Origin: Candidatus Nanoarchaeia archaeon
GTDB lineage: Archaea; Nanobdellota; Nanobdellia; Woesearchaeales; GW2011-AR9
Assembly: GCA_035288985.1 (NCBI GenBank)
Contig: DATDYP010000015.1
Coordinates: forward strand, 27,119-91,118
Direction: 5' to 3'
Length of the DNA: 64,000 nucleotides
The notes under the pieces were generated by a model. That model was given only the letters and a program-made list of their open reading frames with translations. It was not told the DNA's origin and ran no database searches. This document shows, piece after piece, positions 54,880 to 64,000 of this stretch; position 1 is the stretch's first letter, and every line of letters starts with the position of its first letter. A program made the position numbers and the translations under genes.

Positions 54880-57800
54880 GTGGATGATATGAACAGACAC
54901 CGACAATTCATCAAGAGGACTGGATTTCTCGCTGTAATCCTTGCGTTTATGTTAGTGCTCGCGCCGCTGGTTCTTTCCCAGGGCGAGGAAAGTGCTAGTG
55001 TGTATGATCCTTCCAAACCAGGAGAGTTTGATTACGCAAAAGGAAGTGAGCAGGACAAAATGAAGTATCTGGAAGATGTCTATGGCGTGAAAGGCCTGCC
55101 CAGCGGATTAGCTGGCGTAACTTTGGCAGGGGATCAATTAATTGTCAGCAATTCAGCTTTCACTCTCAACGGCGCCAATTTCCAGGGCGGAACAGTCAAG
55201 CTGGGCAAAGGGGGAGAATTACTCAGCGTACAAAGCACTGAAGTGAAAAATGATTTGTCATTGAAAGGCAGCGTCGTCACTGGTATTTTCAGCTTTTCCG
55301 GGAATTCAATTACCATAGAAAAGGGAAAGCTAGCTCTTGGAAATGATGCCAGCTCCCAGTTGACAAAAGTTACAGCACGGAAGGGAACAACTGTTGATGT
55401 TTCTAGAGGAACAGGATATACAGGAACGATTACTGCCGAGCAAGGGCCTTTTAATCTTGGAACGACGGAGCAGCAGGTTTCAGTTGGGAAGAGTGTTGCT
55501 GTCAAAGATGGGAAGATTGACAAGGGCGAAAGCATTACTGCCGTGACACCAGTCAAAGGGCTTTTTGCTGGCATTCCTGATGACCTTGAAGTGTCAATGA
55601 CTAATGGTAAGGTTGACGGCAATACTATTGAGAGCAGCAGATACTGCCTCTCAGCAAACTGTTTTTCCTCCAAGGACGGTTCGGCAGCTTCAAAAGTGGA
55701 GATTACGAAAAGGCAGGATGAAGGCGATCACAAACTAACAATTACTGGAACCAATGTGCGTTACCGCTGGAAAGGGGAATTACAGCGCATTATCAGTTCC
55801 CCGAATGGCGCAACGTTAGAACAACAGCCCTCTCAATTCCTTGAAGCCGGGGAAAAATGGAGGTTAACGCCAGGCACGACGGTAACAGAAGTAAAAGCAG
55901 GAGGAGCTTCTTCAACTATTTCTGTTTCTAAAGAGACGCTTTATTCTCCTCGCGGTTTTCGAGATGATTGTAATGATATCCCTGGTAGTTGTATTGCCAT
56001 CGACCAGTGGAATTCCGTCCGCGTCAAGGTGCAAGGCAACAACAAGATCACAGTGAACAATTTTATGGCCATGCCGACAATAACTGTTGATAAGATTGAT
56101 GACCAAAGCACGGTCGAATATATTGAGCATAATCTGGACAGTGCCGTCAAGGAGAAGGATAAAGTCAAATTGAAGTTTAGCAAGGATCCTCTCCAGATCT
56201 ACCCTGCTGCTAACCTTAAACATCTGCAAACACGAGTATTTCACGAGTATACCGGCAGGGATGATCAAAGGCACGCCTTGGAATTAGATACTGCCGGGAA
56301 AAGTGTTGCGGTTGATGGGAAGATTCTTGGGCATTATGATGAATGGGTTCAGAAGAATTATTACCGCACCCGGTTCAGTGATGTCATCAGCCAGGATAAG
56401 AAGAGAGAAATTGAAGACCTTATCCATGGAGAAATTCCAGTAGGAGAGTACGCCGCCTTTACTGAGGAGCAGAAAGATGCGCTCATCATTCTTACGTATA
56501 ATAATCCTGAAGCTGTCAAGGGCAAGCTTCAGCCGATCGGTTTTAACATCAAACAGTCCTTTGACAAACTTCCAAAGGATCTAGATAAGGGGGAATTCCT
56601 CCGGAAAGCCTCTACTTATCTGGGAGGACAAGATCCGTTGACGGTATCATCAGATCCGTATCTAACAATACTGCCGAAAGAAGCGGCGGAGTTGGAAGAG
56701 TTGTATAGCCAAATGAACATTGTGAGCGGCAATTACATCTTAGAAGCACAGGTCCTTGATGCTTATCAGGACGGGAAAATAAGCAATGCAGCAGTTGCCG
56801 GGTTTACAAAAAGGTTTCTTGCTGACGGCTCTAAAGGAGAGCAGCTTCCCTATAGCGCGGAAGAGGCGCAGGTCTTTGTGACGGTATTAACAAAAGTTCC
56901 TACAGATAAGGCGAAAGTGGACCAGCGCCTGCAAGAATTAGGTAATGTCGACGAGTTTTATCAGAAATATCATCAGGGAAACGCGCGTCTGGCGCTCTTT
57001 GATACGGCGGGAAGTCTTCTGGAAACAGGGACAATTACGATTAATGAAAATGATCTTGCGGTTCCCCCTTCGCTGCAGGGAAAAGTTCCTCAATTCATTA
57101 AAACATGGAGCAATTGGGAAATAATGGAGATCTCTTCAAGCATGGATTTAGGTTCTTCCCTTTTAGTCTGGGAGCATGAGCCAGAGCTTGTGAAAGTGGC
57201 TGAAGGTTGGTCTGCTGAGAAAGGCGGGCTCACTAGCGTTCCGCAGGAATTCAACAGGGATGTGCGTGAGCGGATCGAAGTGCTAAAAGCTCTTGCTAAG
57301 GCACGAAACAATCCTGCATTATCAGAGGATCTGCGATTCGGATTCTCGGTCACATTTGCATCAACAAGTTCCAAGCTAGGCACATTGATCAATCACCTGG
57401 GCCATGTCGGACAGGAAGACCAGAGAGGAGCCCTTGTTGAAGCCCTGCCATCGGAAGTCCAGCTTGAAATACTAAACACGAGGTTATCAATATTAGGAGA
57501 GGACGAAGGGTTGTATACATCCAGTGTAGCAAAGATATTCAAAAGTTTAACCACAAAAGTCGGCGGCGGGGAACATTTTGTTGATTTCATGGAAAAGCAG
57601 GGGGAAGAGTACAAATTAGGCGGTAGCCATGCTAACAATATTTTACTGATTTTAGCAGCATCCGGGCAACTCGGCGAGGTGGTTCCAGCGGATCCAGCGA
57701 GGCGTAAGATGGTCTATTCAGGTGTGATAGGCACTTTCATTGACGAGCATCCTTCTCTTGCTGCGGTGGCAATACGGCAGATCCTTTCCAACGCAAACTA

Positions 57801-58692
57801 TAAAGATGAGTTTTCAGAGACGTTCTTACAGGAATATGTGAAGGCAGAGAAAAACGCTGCACAGTCCAAAGAGGACGCAACAAAACGGAACGTCTTTCAA
57901 TTTATCGTGCGGCAGAACTTGGACAAGTTTAATGCTGCTGATCCTACAGTTGCAAGTATTGTGAGAAACCCCAGCCCGGCAGTCCAGAAAGTAGAAGCAA
58001 GTTTAAACATCCCTGCCCAGCGATGGATCCAGGAAGCAGAGAAAAAAACTGACGGAACTCCTGTCATCAGGCATTTAGTCGGGTGGGTAAACACTGAAGA
58101 TAAAAATGAAGAGATAGCGTATAAGCAGTACAAGACTTCAAGTCCTGGTTACCTTGTCGTTTCTGAGACAGATACGGGATACGTTCTTGAAAAGAGAGGG
58201 ACGATCGTGGTCGTTGAAGAAGGAAAACCAGTCACAAAAAATGTTGTCTTTCAGAAAGTAGTGACAAAGAGCAGGGATGAATTCGTCCAGCAATCACGAT
58301 CCGAGAAGTATCAACTACAATCCTGCCGAGGACATTCTTATGGCTGCGGCGCGGTGGCACAAAAATTAAGTCCGGCAGACGTGAATATCTTTGGCTCCTG
58401 CGGCGGCGTTGCTGACTTTGATGCCATGAAATCCAAAAATCCTTCCGCAGCCTACATAGGCACGACTAAGACAGGCCTAACCGATATCAATGATAATCTG
58501 GATCAGCATATCGAAAGCTCTTTCGCCTCATGCAGCGATTATAAATGCTCCTGGGATTTTGTCACGCAGCAGGCAACTGTGGATATCGAAGATAGGGGGT
58601 ATGTTGGCCCCGTGGAAAATATTTATGGTGCTCTTAATGAGCGGCGTGAGGAAAGCGGCACAGCACCGAGTGGAGTGGCTGCCAGCCAGTAG
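54880..58692 (+). CDS. Giant secreted/surface protein (1270 aa), no recognised domain
   Basis: Starts 2 nt after the pilin-like gene (GTG 54880 or ATG 54889). Signal/anchor FLAVILAFMLVLAPLVLSQG. Long non-repetitive body. The C-terminal region has conserved-looking Cys/His (CRGHSYGCG...GSCGG). Confidence 0.6.
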   Translation: MDDMNRHRQFIKRTGFLAVILAFMLVLAPLVLSQGEESASVYDPSKPGEFDYAKGSEQDKMKYLEDVYGVKGLPSGLAGVTLAGDQLIVSNSAFTLNGANFQGGTVKLGKGGELLSVQSTEVKNDLSLKGSVVTGIFSFSGNSITIEKGKLALGNDASSQLTKVTARKGTTVDVSRGTGYTGTITAEQGPFNLGTTEQQVSVGKSVAVKDGKIDKGESITAVTPVKGLFAGIPDDLEVSMTNGKVDGNTIESSRYCLSANCFSSKDGSAASKVEITKRQDEGDHKLTITGTNVRYRWKGELQRIISSPNGATLEQQPSQFLEAGEKWRLTPGTTVTEVKAGGASSTISVSKETLYSPRGFRDDCNDIPGSCIAIDQWNSVRVKVQGNNKITVNNFMAMPTITVDKIDDQSTVEYIEHNLDSAVKEKDKVKLKFSKDPLQIYPAANLKHLQTRVFHEYTGRDDQRHALELDTAGKSVAVDGKILGHYDEWVQKNYYRTRFSDVISQDKKREIEDLIHGEIPVGEYAAFTEEQKDALIILTYNNPEAVKGKLQPIGFNIKQSFDKLPKDLDKGEFLRKASTYLGGQDPLTVSSDPYLTILPKEAAELEELYSQMNIVSGNYILEAQVLDAYQDGKISNAAVAGFTKRFLADGSKGEQLPYSAEEAQVFVTVLTKVPTDKAKVDQRLQELGNVDEFYQKYHQGNARLALFDTAGSLLETGTITINENDLAVPPSLQGKVPQFIKTWSNWEIMEISSSMDLGSSLLVWEHEPELVKVAEGWSAEKGGLTSVPQEFNRDVRERIEVLKALAKARNNPALSEDLRFGFSVTFASTSSKLGTLINHLGHVGQEDQRGALVEALPSEVQLEILNTRLSILGEDEGLYTSSVAKIFKSLTTKVGGGEHFVDFMEKQGEEYKLGGSHANNILLILAASGQLGEVVPADPARRKMVYSGVIGTFIDEHPSLAAVAIRQILSNANYKDEFSETFLQEYVKAEKNAAQSKEDATKRNVFQFIVRQNLDKFNAADPTVASIVRNPSPAVQKVEASLNIPAQRWIQEAEKKTDGTPVIRHLVGWVNTEDKNEEIAYKQYKTSSPGYLVVSETDTGYVLEKRGTIVVVEEGKPVTKNVVFQKVVTKSRDEFVQQSRSEKYQLQSCRGHSYGCGAVAQKLSPADVNIFGSCGGVADFDAMKSKNPSAAYIGTTKTGLTDINDNLDQHIESSFASCSDYKCSWDFVTQQATVDIEDRGYVGPVENIYGALNERREESGTAPSGVAASQ

Positions 58693-58727
58693 TCATGTTT
58701 AAAAAGAATTGAGATTTTTGGCACAGA

Positions 58728-59576
58728 ATGACCGTTAATGTTAAACCGGTGCTACTTTCTGTGCTTGTTGCCTCTTGCGCACCGCAGGCAGTTTCTTTCC
58801 GGGAAGAAGCATATGAAGCATCCCTGCAACAGGAAGAAAAAGAGAGAGCCGATGGAGTTCCGCCTGCTGCATCGTTCCACTTTTTAGAAGCCAACAGAAA
58901 AAGCCAGGAAAATCAAGAAAAAAGTATAGATGACAAGATCTATCAACTCTCAGAGCAATTTGCGGAAAAACATCAACGGGAAGATCCCAGAAAGAGGGAA
59001 TACTTCAATTCAGATAAACCATTGCAGGAGATTATCCAATCCTATTCTGAGACAGACGCTGGATCTGCTCATCAGCAGCGCCGGATCGTTGTCCGTAAAT
59101 CTGAACGGCTTTTATCGCTTTACATAGGGGAATCACTATTGAAAGAATATCCGGTAGGGCTGAGTGTAGGATCTAGAAAAGACAAAGAACAGGAAGGAGA
59201 CGGACAAACTCCCGAAGGGACATTCTACATTTCTCTAAAAATTTTAAAAGGTACCTATGATAAATCACTTCTGATAAGCTACCCCGACAAGGAAGATGCC
59301 GAGAGAGGTCTTCAGGAAGGTCTTATCAGTAAAGGAGAATATAGAACTATCGTTAGTGCGATTGATTCTTGCAAGGCTCCTCCACAAAAAACTGCTTTGG
59401 GAGGAGAAATTTTAATTCACGGCGGTTCTGGCAGCTATGATTGGACTGCCGGATGTGTCGCTCTTGATGAGCATGACGAGATTTATGCTTTTGCCAGAAG
59501 CGGATGTTATTGGGCCAGGGATGAGCAGGGTAGAAGAATGTTGATTCCAAAGACAGTAGTTGAGATAAGGAAATGA
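58728..59576 (+). CDS. L,D-transpeptidase (YkuD/YafK-like) lipoprotein
   Basis: VLLSVLVASCAPQ (lipobox-like). RIVVRKSERLLSLYIGESLLKEYPVGLS...KEQEGDGQTPEGTFYI...LLISYP...GGEILIHGG...TAGCVALD (the HG...GC catalytic signature of YkuD domains). Confidence 0.8.
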   Translation: MTVNVKPVLLSVLVASCAPQAVSFREEAYEASLQQEEKERADGVPPAASFHFLEANRKSQENQEKSIDDKIYQLSEQFAEKHQREDPRKREYFNSDKPLQEIIQSYSETDAGSAHQQRRIVVRKSERLLSLYIGESLLKEYPVGLSVGSRKDKEQEGDGQTPEGTFYISLKILKGTYDKSLLISYPDKEDAERGLQEGLISKGEYRTIVSAIDSCKAPPQKTALGGEILIHGGSGSYDWTAGCVALDEHDEIYAFARSGCYWARDEQGRRMLIPKTVVEIRK

Positions 59577-59605
59577 AGATTCTTCTTCTACACCTGACGC
59601 TAATA

Positions 59606-62600
59606 CTACTCGTCCAAATTCTGAGTTTTTTCCAAAGTTTCCATCTTTAAATTATTTTTATCAAAAACAACTACTTTTCCATCTACATATAGGGTAAGAG
59701 TAGTGGTATCTTCTCTGAGGTATTGTCCGCGGACTTCACTCACTGCTGAGCCGCGATAGACGGCAGGAAAAGTTCCCTCAACTACGATCTCATCTCCTTC
59801 TATAATTAGTTTGTTAAAGTCGATGGCATTAAAAGGCACTACTATTTGTCTGCCATCATCCAATCGGGTGACTTTAATTTTACCTTCGGAAAAACCATCA
59901 AATCTAACTACAGCTGTACTAGGTGTTTCAAAAGAAGGTACTCTTTCAGTTAGCCGTAGCAGATCTCCTTCTACAATTAAAGAGTTGAGATCAACTGATA
60001 GTAACGGAATAAGGTCAGAGTCACTGATCACTCCAGAAGTTTCAAAATCAAAGCCATTCTTCATATTGATATCAACCTCATCAGTTATGGGCGAGTTAGC
60101 AACATTCTTAAATTCTCCACCCCGGATATGTCTCTTGTCAGTATACGAAAATATAAGAAAATTTCTTCCTTCTTCCAAATCAGCAAGAGTCCTAGGGTAA
60201 TTCACTTTTTTCTCAACCCTTGCTGCTTCCAATTGATTATGTAAATCGCTGCCAACAGGTATTTCTTTATCTGCCCAATACCACCTCTCTCCGGCGTATT
60301 GGTTGGTAACAGCATCATAAGTATATGTTCTTCCTTCCAACTTTACTCCCCCTGTAACATGATAAGCATCGGTGTCTACGGTAGGTAGTGTACAACCTAT
60401 ACTTGCAGCTTGCCCGACTATCGCTCCGCCAGGAGGGCAGGGAGGTAAGTCTAGTGATTTAAGTTCTTCTCCTGCTTTCTTCCGCGACACTAACACTAAA
60501 CCTTCATCGATGTTATCTAATGTAGGCAGGCTGGAACGTTCAACATCAAGCTCCCAGCCGGCGCTTTCCATAATTTTATAGGCTGGCGTTTCTTTGATGG
60601 CTTCAACCGGCGTAGCGCCAGGATTTCTTCTCAAGTAATCAATGTACGGATCACGATTTGTGCCGGTCAAGAATCCTTTCACGTAATCTACTTCCGGATG
60701 CAGCTCTCCCGTTTGCTGCATGATGCGGCGGTTAACTCCCGCGCCTTGATAGTCCGGCGCAACGAACGTAAAGTCAATTTCCATTTCGTTGCCATTAACC
60801 TTGTAGTAATGCGAGGCTATCGGCTGATCAGTGATGGGATTTTTTATTTCAATCGCCAATGAGCCGTCAGGGAGATACTTGATGGTCTGCACCCCTTCCA
60901 CTACTTCATCACGTGTGAAGAAGAATAAAAATTTATTTTTCTTGGTGGTGTAAAACTTACCTTCACCGATGATGACGGGCGCTTTTGATGCTGCCGCTTG
61001 CTGTTGTAGTTTTACTCTTCCTTCCGGTGAAACAGCTTCTTTCCATTCAGGAATGCTGTCTTCAACGCGTCTGGGCAGGCCTTCCACCGCTTTGGCGTTA
61101 TCTATCTCTGCAAAAATTTCCGGATGCTGTGTTTTGTCTATCCTCTCATCCCATGGAGGGAAGGCTCTCTTACGTTTTACTGTTCCTTGAGCAGTTTCAT
61201 AATACTCTTCTCCCCCTAACAGGAATGCATCCCTGCCTTGGCTGTCTTTTCCTTTGTAGAGGGCTTCAGGCGCTGCTTCAAGAGGAGCATCTGGAGTTAT
61301 TATCCTCACGCCTGAAACAGGTTCAGAAATTGCTGCTGCCTGGCTAGGAGTACTTACTTTCTCTACAGGGGGAAATCTCTTTGCAACTGTAGGAACTTGT
61401 GTCGAGGTTGAAATCTCAGGAAGATTTCTAGCAAGATCCTCAGGATCAACAAAGGTCAAAGGAACATGGTCCAGATCAGTGATATATAGCCTATGAATCC
61501 GTTGTTTAGGATTAGAAATATACTGGACAAGTTCGTTCAATTCATTCTCATTCGTAACTCCTAAATTCCGCAGGGCCACTTGCAAATCATCAAGGCTGGC
61601 TTCTTCTATAGCCTTGGCAAATTCAGGGGTTCTCTTTTTGAAGTTGAGAGATTTTTTTGCAGCCTCTAACGGCCCTTCTATGGTTCTTTGCACACTAAAA
61701 TCAACACGCCTCTTATCAATACCAAGAATCCTATTAAAGAAACGCTTAATGGAACCATCTTGCCCCCATTCCATTACATCTATAGTTACAAAATCTCCTT
61801 GTTTGTATCTGATAACTTCCCCATTTCTAACAACATCAAAAGGTTCATCAAGAATCATGACTTGTTCATCAATCGGCTTGGCACCAGCTTTTACTGCTTC
61901 GGTAAGTTCATCTCTGAATTTATCAATCCTTTCCGGTGTCAAATATTGTACAAGTTCCTGATCAGACATGTCAAATAACTGTTTTCCTGGAACTCTGTCA
62001 GTTACTAAATATGGAACACCATCTATTACATAGATGCCATGATACTTTGGGCAGGCCATGTGCTTACACACTCCCTCAGCGTTCTCTAATTCTTTAAAGA
62101 GCCCATCAACATTCTCCTGCAAACCACGCCGCGGCGTATCCACCTTGGCTGTTTTGAAAGCTAAATCTTCACCTACACCGGGTATACTGCCTCCGTATAC
62201 AACACCTACTTTTCCTTCACCGATCTTTCCCTTGAAGATGACTTCTGCTTTTTCAACTTTAATATCTGAATGCTCTTTGATAATTGTTTCTAAATCTATT
62301 CCTTGGCTCTGATAACCTTGTTTAATTGTATTTATTTCTTGAGAGATTTCTGCTGGTGCTCTTTCCGAAATAGGGAGGGGTTCAGGAATTCTAGCTACTG
62401 GCACTTCTACTCTTAGCGGTGGAGCGATTTTCGCAGACTTTTTGACATTTTCTAATCTTCTTTTGATTAAGATTTCAACATCATCATCAGATAAGGGAAT
62501 CCTTGTAGTAAATGAAGGATCTTTTGCAGCTTGCTCGGAAAATTCACGGAACACCTTAACAATTTTAGGATCTGCAGCACGGGAATCAATGCCAAAGGGG

Positions 62601-64000
62601 AAGACTTTCCTTTTTAGAGCTTCCAAGGGCGTTCCTCTTCCAACAAAAGATGATGGTAAATAGTTTTCGTTAATAAAATCAAAACCAGTCATGGAATCTA
62701 CATCGTCAACAAGTTTTACCAAACCTTCATCATAAGTGATTCCTAAGCTGCCTCCACCCGGGAGGTCCCTTAGACCTCTAGCTTCAATGAATTCTCCCCA
62801 GTTAAGATAAATTCTGGCTTGATCCTGGCTAATTCCAACCTGTTCATTTGGCAGTAAGGCTCCTTTGGCATGAACATTTATATCATGGAGAGCTTCATCT
62901 CCCTGCGTGGCAAGCGGAAGTTTACCTTCATAGGCCCAACGCCTGAGATAATCTTCCGGAAAGACACGGCCAGTAGCGTCATAGAATCGTATGTTGGTCT
63001 TTAATTGAGGATCTTGAACGAGAGCGTCTAATCTATCTAACCTTACATTAAGCTCTGTCGCATCAGGGAGTAATATAAGGTTAGAACCTTCTTTTGTAAT
63101 TCCTAATTGTGCAGCCGCAGCTTCGCCAAAGATTTGGATATTGTCCTCTGGATTGCCTCTAAACCTGTCGCCATCTCTGATATTATAATTCACCCAACTG
63201 TCTAGATTTTGGTCAAGTTCAAGAACTCTCAATCTTCCCCCAGCATCTCCTGATATAGTTCCGGCCATGCGGTATGATGTAGGTTGCCCATCAGCTCTGA
63301 TGAAGGTTGTTTCTGCATTTGTTGTATCTAATGGCACTACAGTACCATCAGTTCTTGTAAATTCATCAACAACCTCAGGAATCCTACAAGCAGATCCAAC
63401 AATTATTCCTGGAGCACTCTTGCAGCCGTCAAAGATACCAGAAACGCCCGCTCTTCCCTCAAACAACTCCTCTCCCACTATTGAATTTCTATATTGCCCT
63501 GCAACCCCTGAACTCGCTCCTTCACCAACCACATCAACGATTCTCCCAGTTTCAGCATCAACAACAATCCGTACAGCAACGCTGTTGCCTAGCACTTCCT
63601 GCGGTACAGAGCCGACTCCCTGGATGCGCATGCTGGCTGGATCAACATGAACAACGAGATTCTGTTTTCCATCAATAGTTGGCACCCTATTGGTCTGGTC
63701 AAGAATCCGCTGTTGGTGAAGATTAAATTCCAAGCCAGGATTGGAAACACCAGCTCTGGATGTAGTGGTAAGGCTGGGAAGATCAAGGCCATTCTTAGGA
63801 ACAGAGCGTGGCGTTCCCCGGATGTCCAGATAGAGATTTGCCTCATCTTCGCCGAGATATTTTCCGACATACAGATCACCTGATAAATCTTGTCCTCCAA
63901 CGCCTCTTCGAGGACGGGAACGTATATGGATCGGTTCCCCTGCTGGAACAACATTGCCTAAAGGAATTTTCTGCTGTACTTTCTTTTCTGGGAAGAAATA
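59606..64000 (-). CDS. Giant multidomain protein, 5'-partial (at least 1464 aa), with a protein-kinase-like segment and a GNAT-like segment
   Basis: The tracked start (63733) is an internal TTG. Manual translation of the same frame from 63734 to 64000 meets no stop (...PAGEPIHIRSRPRRGVGGQDLSGDLYVGKYLGEDEANLYLDIRGTPRSVPKNGLDLPSLTTTSRAGVSNPGLEFNL...), so the gene continues beyond the window. Kinase-like segment: GKIGEGKVGVVYGG...LAFKTAK...YLVTDRVPG. GNAT-like segment: FTFVAPDYQGAGVNRRIM. Confidence 0.65.
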   Translation of the reverse strand, partial: YFFPEKKVQQKIPLGNVVPAGEPIHIRSRPRRGVGGQDLSGDLYVGKYLGEDEANLYLDIRGTPRSVPKNGLDLPSLTTTSRAGVSNPGLEFNLHQQRILDQTNRVPTIDGKQNLVVHVDPASMRIQGVGSVPQEVLGNSVAVRIVVDAETGRIVDVVGEGASSGVAGQYRNSIVGEELFEGRAGVSGIFDGCKSAPGIIVGSACRIPEVVDEFTRTDGTVVPLDTTNAETTFIRADGQPTSYRMAGTISGDAGGRLRVLELDQNLDSWVNYNIRDGDRFRGNPEDNIQIFGEAAAAQLGITKEGSNLILLPDATELNVRLDRLDALVQDPQLKTNIRFYDATGRVFPEDYLRRWAYEGKLPLATQGDEALHDINVHAKGALLPNEQVGISQDQARIYLNWGEFIEARGLRDLPGGGSLGITYDEGLVKLVDDVDSMTGFDFINENYLPSSFVGRGTPLEALKRKVFPFGIDSRAADPKIVKVFREFSEQAAKDPSFTTRIPLSDDDVEILIKRRLENVKKSAKIAPPLRVEVPVARIPEPLPISERAPAEISQEINTIKQGYQSQGIDLETIIKEHSDIKVEKAEVIFKGKIGEGKVGVVYGGSIPGVGEDLAFKTAKVDTPRRGLQENVDGLFKELENAEGVCKHMACPKYHGIYVIDGVPYLVTDRVPGKQLFDMSDQELVQYLTPERIDKFRDELTEAVKAGAKPIDEQVMILDEPFDVVRNGEVIRYKQGDFVTIDVMEWGQDGSIKRFFNRILGIDKRRVDFSVQRTIEGPLEAAKKSLNFKKRTPEFAKAIEEASLDDLQVALRNLGVTNENELNELVQYISNPKQRIHRLYITDLDHVPLTFVDPEDLARNLPEISTSTQVPTVAKRFPPVEKVSTPSQAAAISEPVSGVRIITPDAPLEAAPEALYKGKDSQGRDAFLLGGEEYYETAQGTVKRKRAFPPWDERIDKTQHPEIFAEIDNAKAVEGLPRRVEDSIPEWKEAVSPEGRVKLQQQAAASKAPVIIGEGKFYTTKKNKFLFFFTRDEVVEGVQTIKYLPDGSLAIEIKNPITDQPIASHYYKVNGNEMEIDFTFVAPDYQGAGVNRRIMQQTGELHPEVDYVKGFLTGTNRDPYIDYLRRNPGATPVEAIKETPAYKIMESAGWELDVERSSLPTLDNIDEGLVLVSRKKAGEELKSLDLPPCPPGGAIVGQAASIGCTLPTVDTDAYHVTGGVKLEGRTYTYDAVTNQYAGERWYWADKEIPVGSDLHNQLEAARVEKKVNYPRTLADLEEGRNFLIFSYTDKRHIRGGEFKNVANSPITDEVDINMKNGFDFETSGVISDSDLIPLLSVDLNSLIVEGDLLRLTERVPSFETPSTAVVRFDGFSEGKIKVTRLDDGRQIVVPFNAIDFNKLIIEGDEIVVEGTFPAVYRGSAVSEVRGQYLREDTTTLTLYVDGKVVVFDKNNLKMETLEKTQNLDE

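Noticed and set aside
63589-63954. 121-aa minus-strand ORF in a different frame from the giant gene
   Set aside because: The giant ORF's own frame stays open through this whole interval to the window edge. The alternative frame gives a hydrophobic, low-complexity product and would require a frameshift for which there is no evidence.

Overview
This window reads as an archaeal chromosome fragment, most likely from a small-genome, AT-rich DPANN-like lineage. The domain call rests on four observations. First, there is a complete archaeal transcription/translation operon on the minus strand (rpoH, split rpoB''/rpoB', split rpoA'/rpoA'', L30e, NusA, S12, S7). Second, there are family-B DNA polymerase, Kae1, SMC, RNase HII and EndoV genes. 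Third, CTTTATAAA-type TATA boxes sit 22-45 nt upstream of gene and tRNA starts. Fourth, all tRNA genes contain introns with bulge-helix-bulge (BHB) splice motifs. About 70 CDSs and 6 tRNA genes are supported; no rRNA and no CRISPR array were seen. The most notable results are these. (1) All six tRNA genes are interrupted, by 11 introns in total. Five of these lie at non-canonical D-loop (15/16) and T-loop (59/60) positions, tRNA-Tyr carries three introns, and there is an apparent tRNA-Ile(UAU). (2) A family of 140-360 bp intergenic elements with terminal inverted repeats has at least five related copies. One copy is flanked by a perfect 9-bp direct duplication, and one shows block similarity to a tRNA intron. 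(3) Several bacterial-type genes sit in this archaeal context: an ECF sigma-70 factor, a YkuD/YafK L,D-transpeptidase lipoprotein, an RNase HIII-like protein, and gyrB. (4) A surface/giant-protein locus at 53.9-64.0 kb holds a pilin-like protein, a 1270-aa secreted protein, the L,D-transpeptidase, and a giant ORF of at least 1464 aa with kinase-like and GNAT-like segments that runs off the window edge. (5) gyrB carries a 434-aa intein with an HNH-type rather than LAGLIDADG-type nuclease. (6) Two tandem HIT-fold proteins both lack the nucleophilic histidine. All family assignments were made by eye from motifs, and no database search was run.
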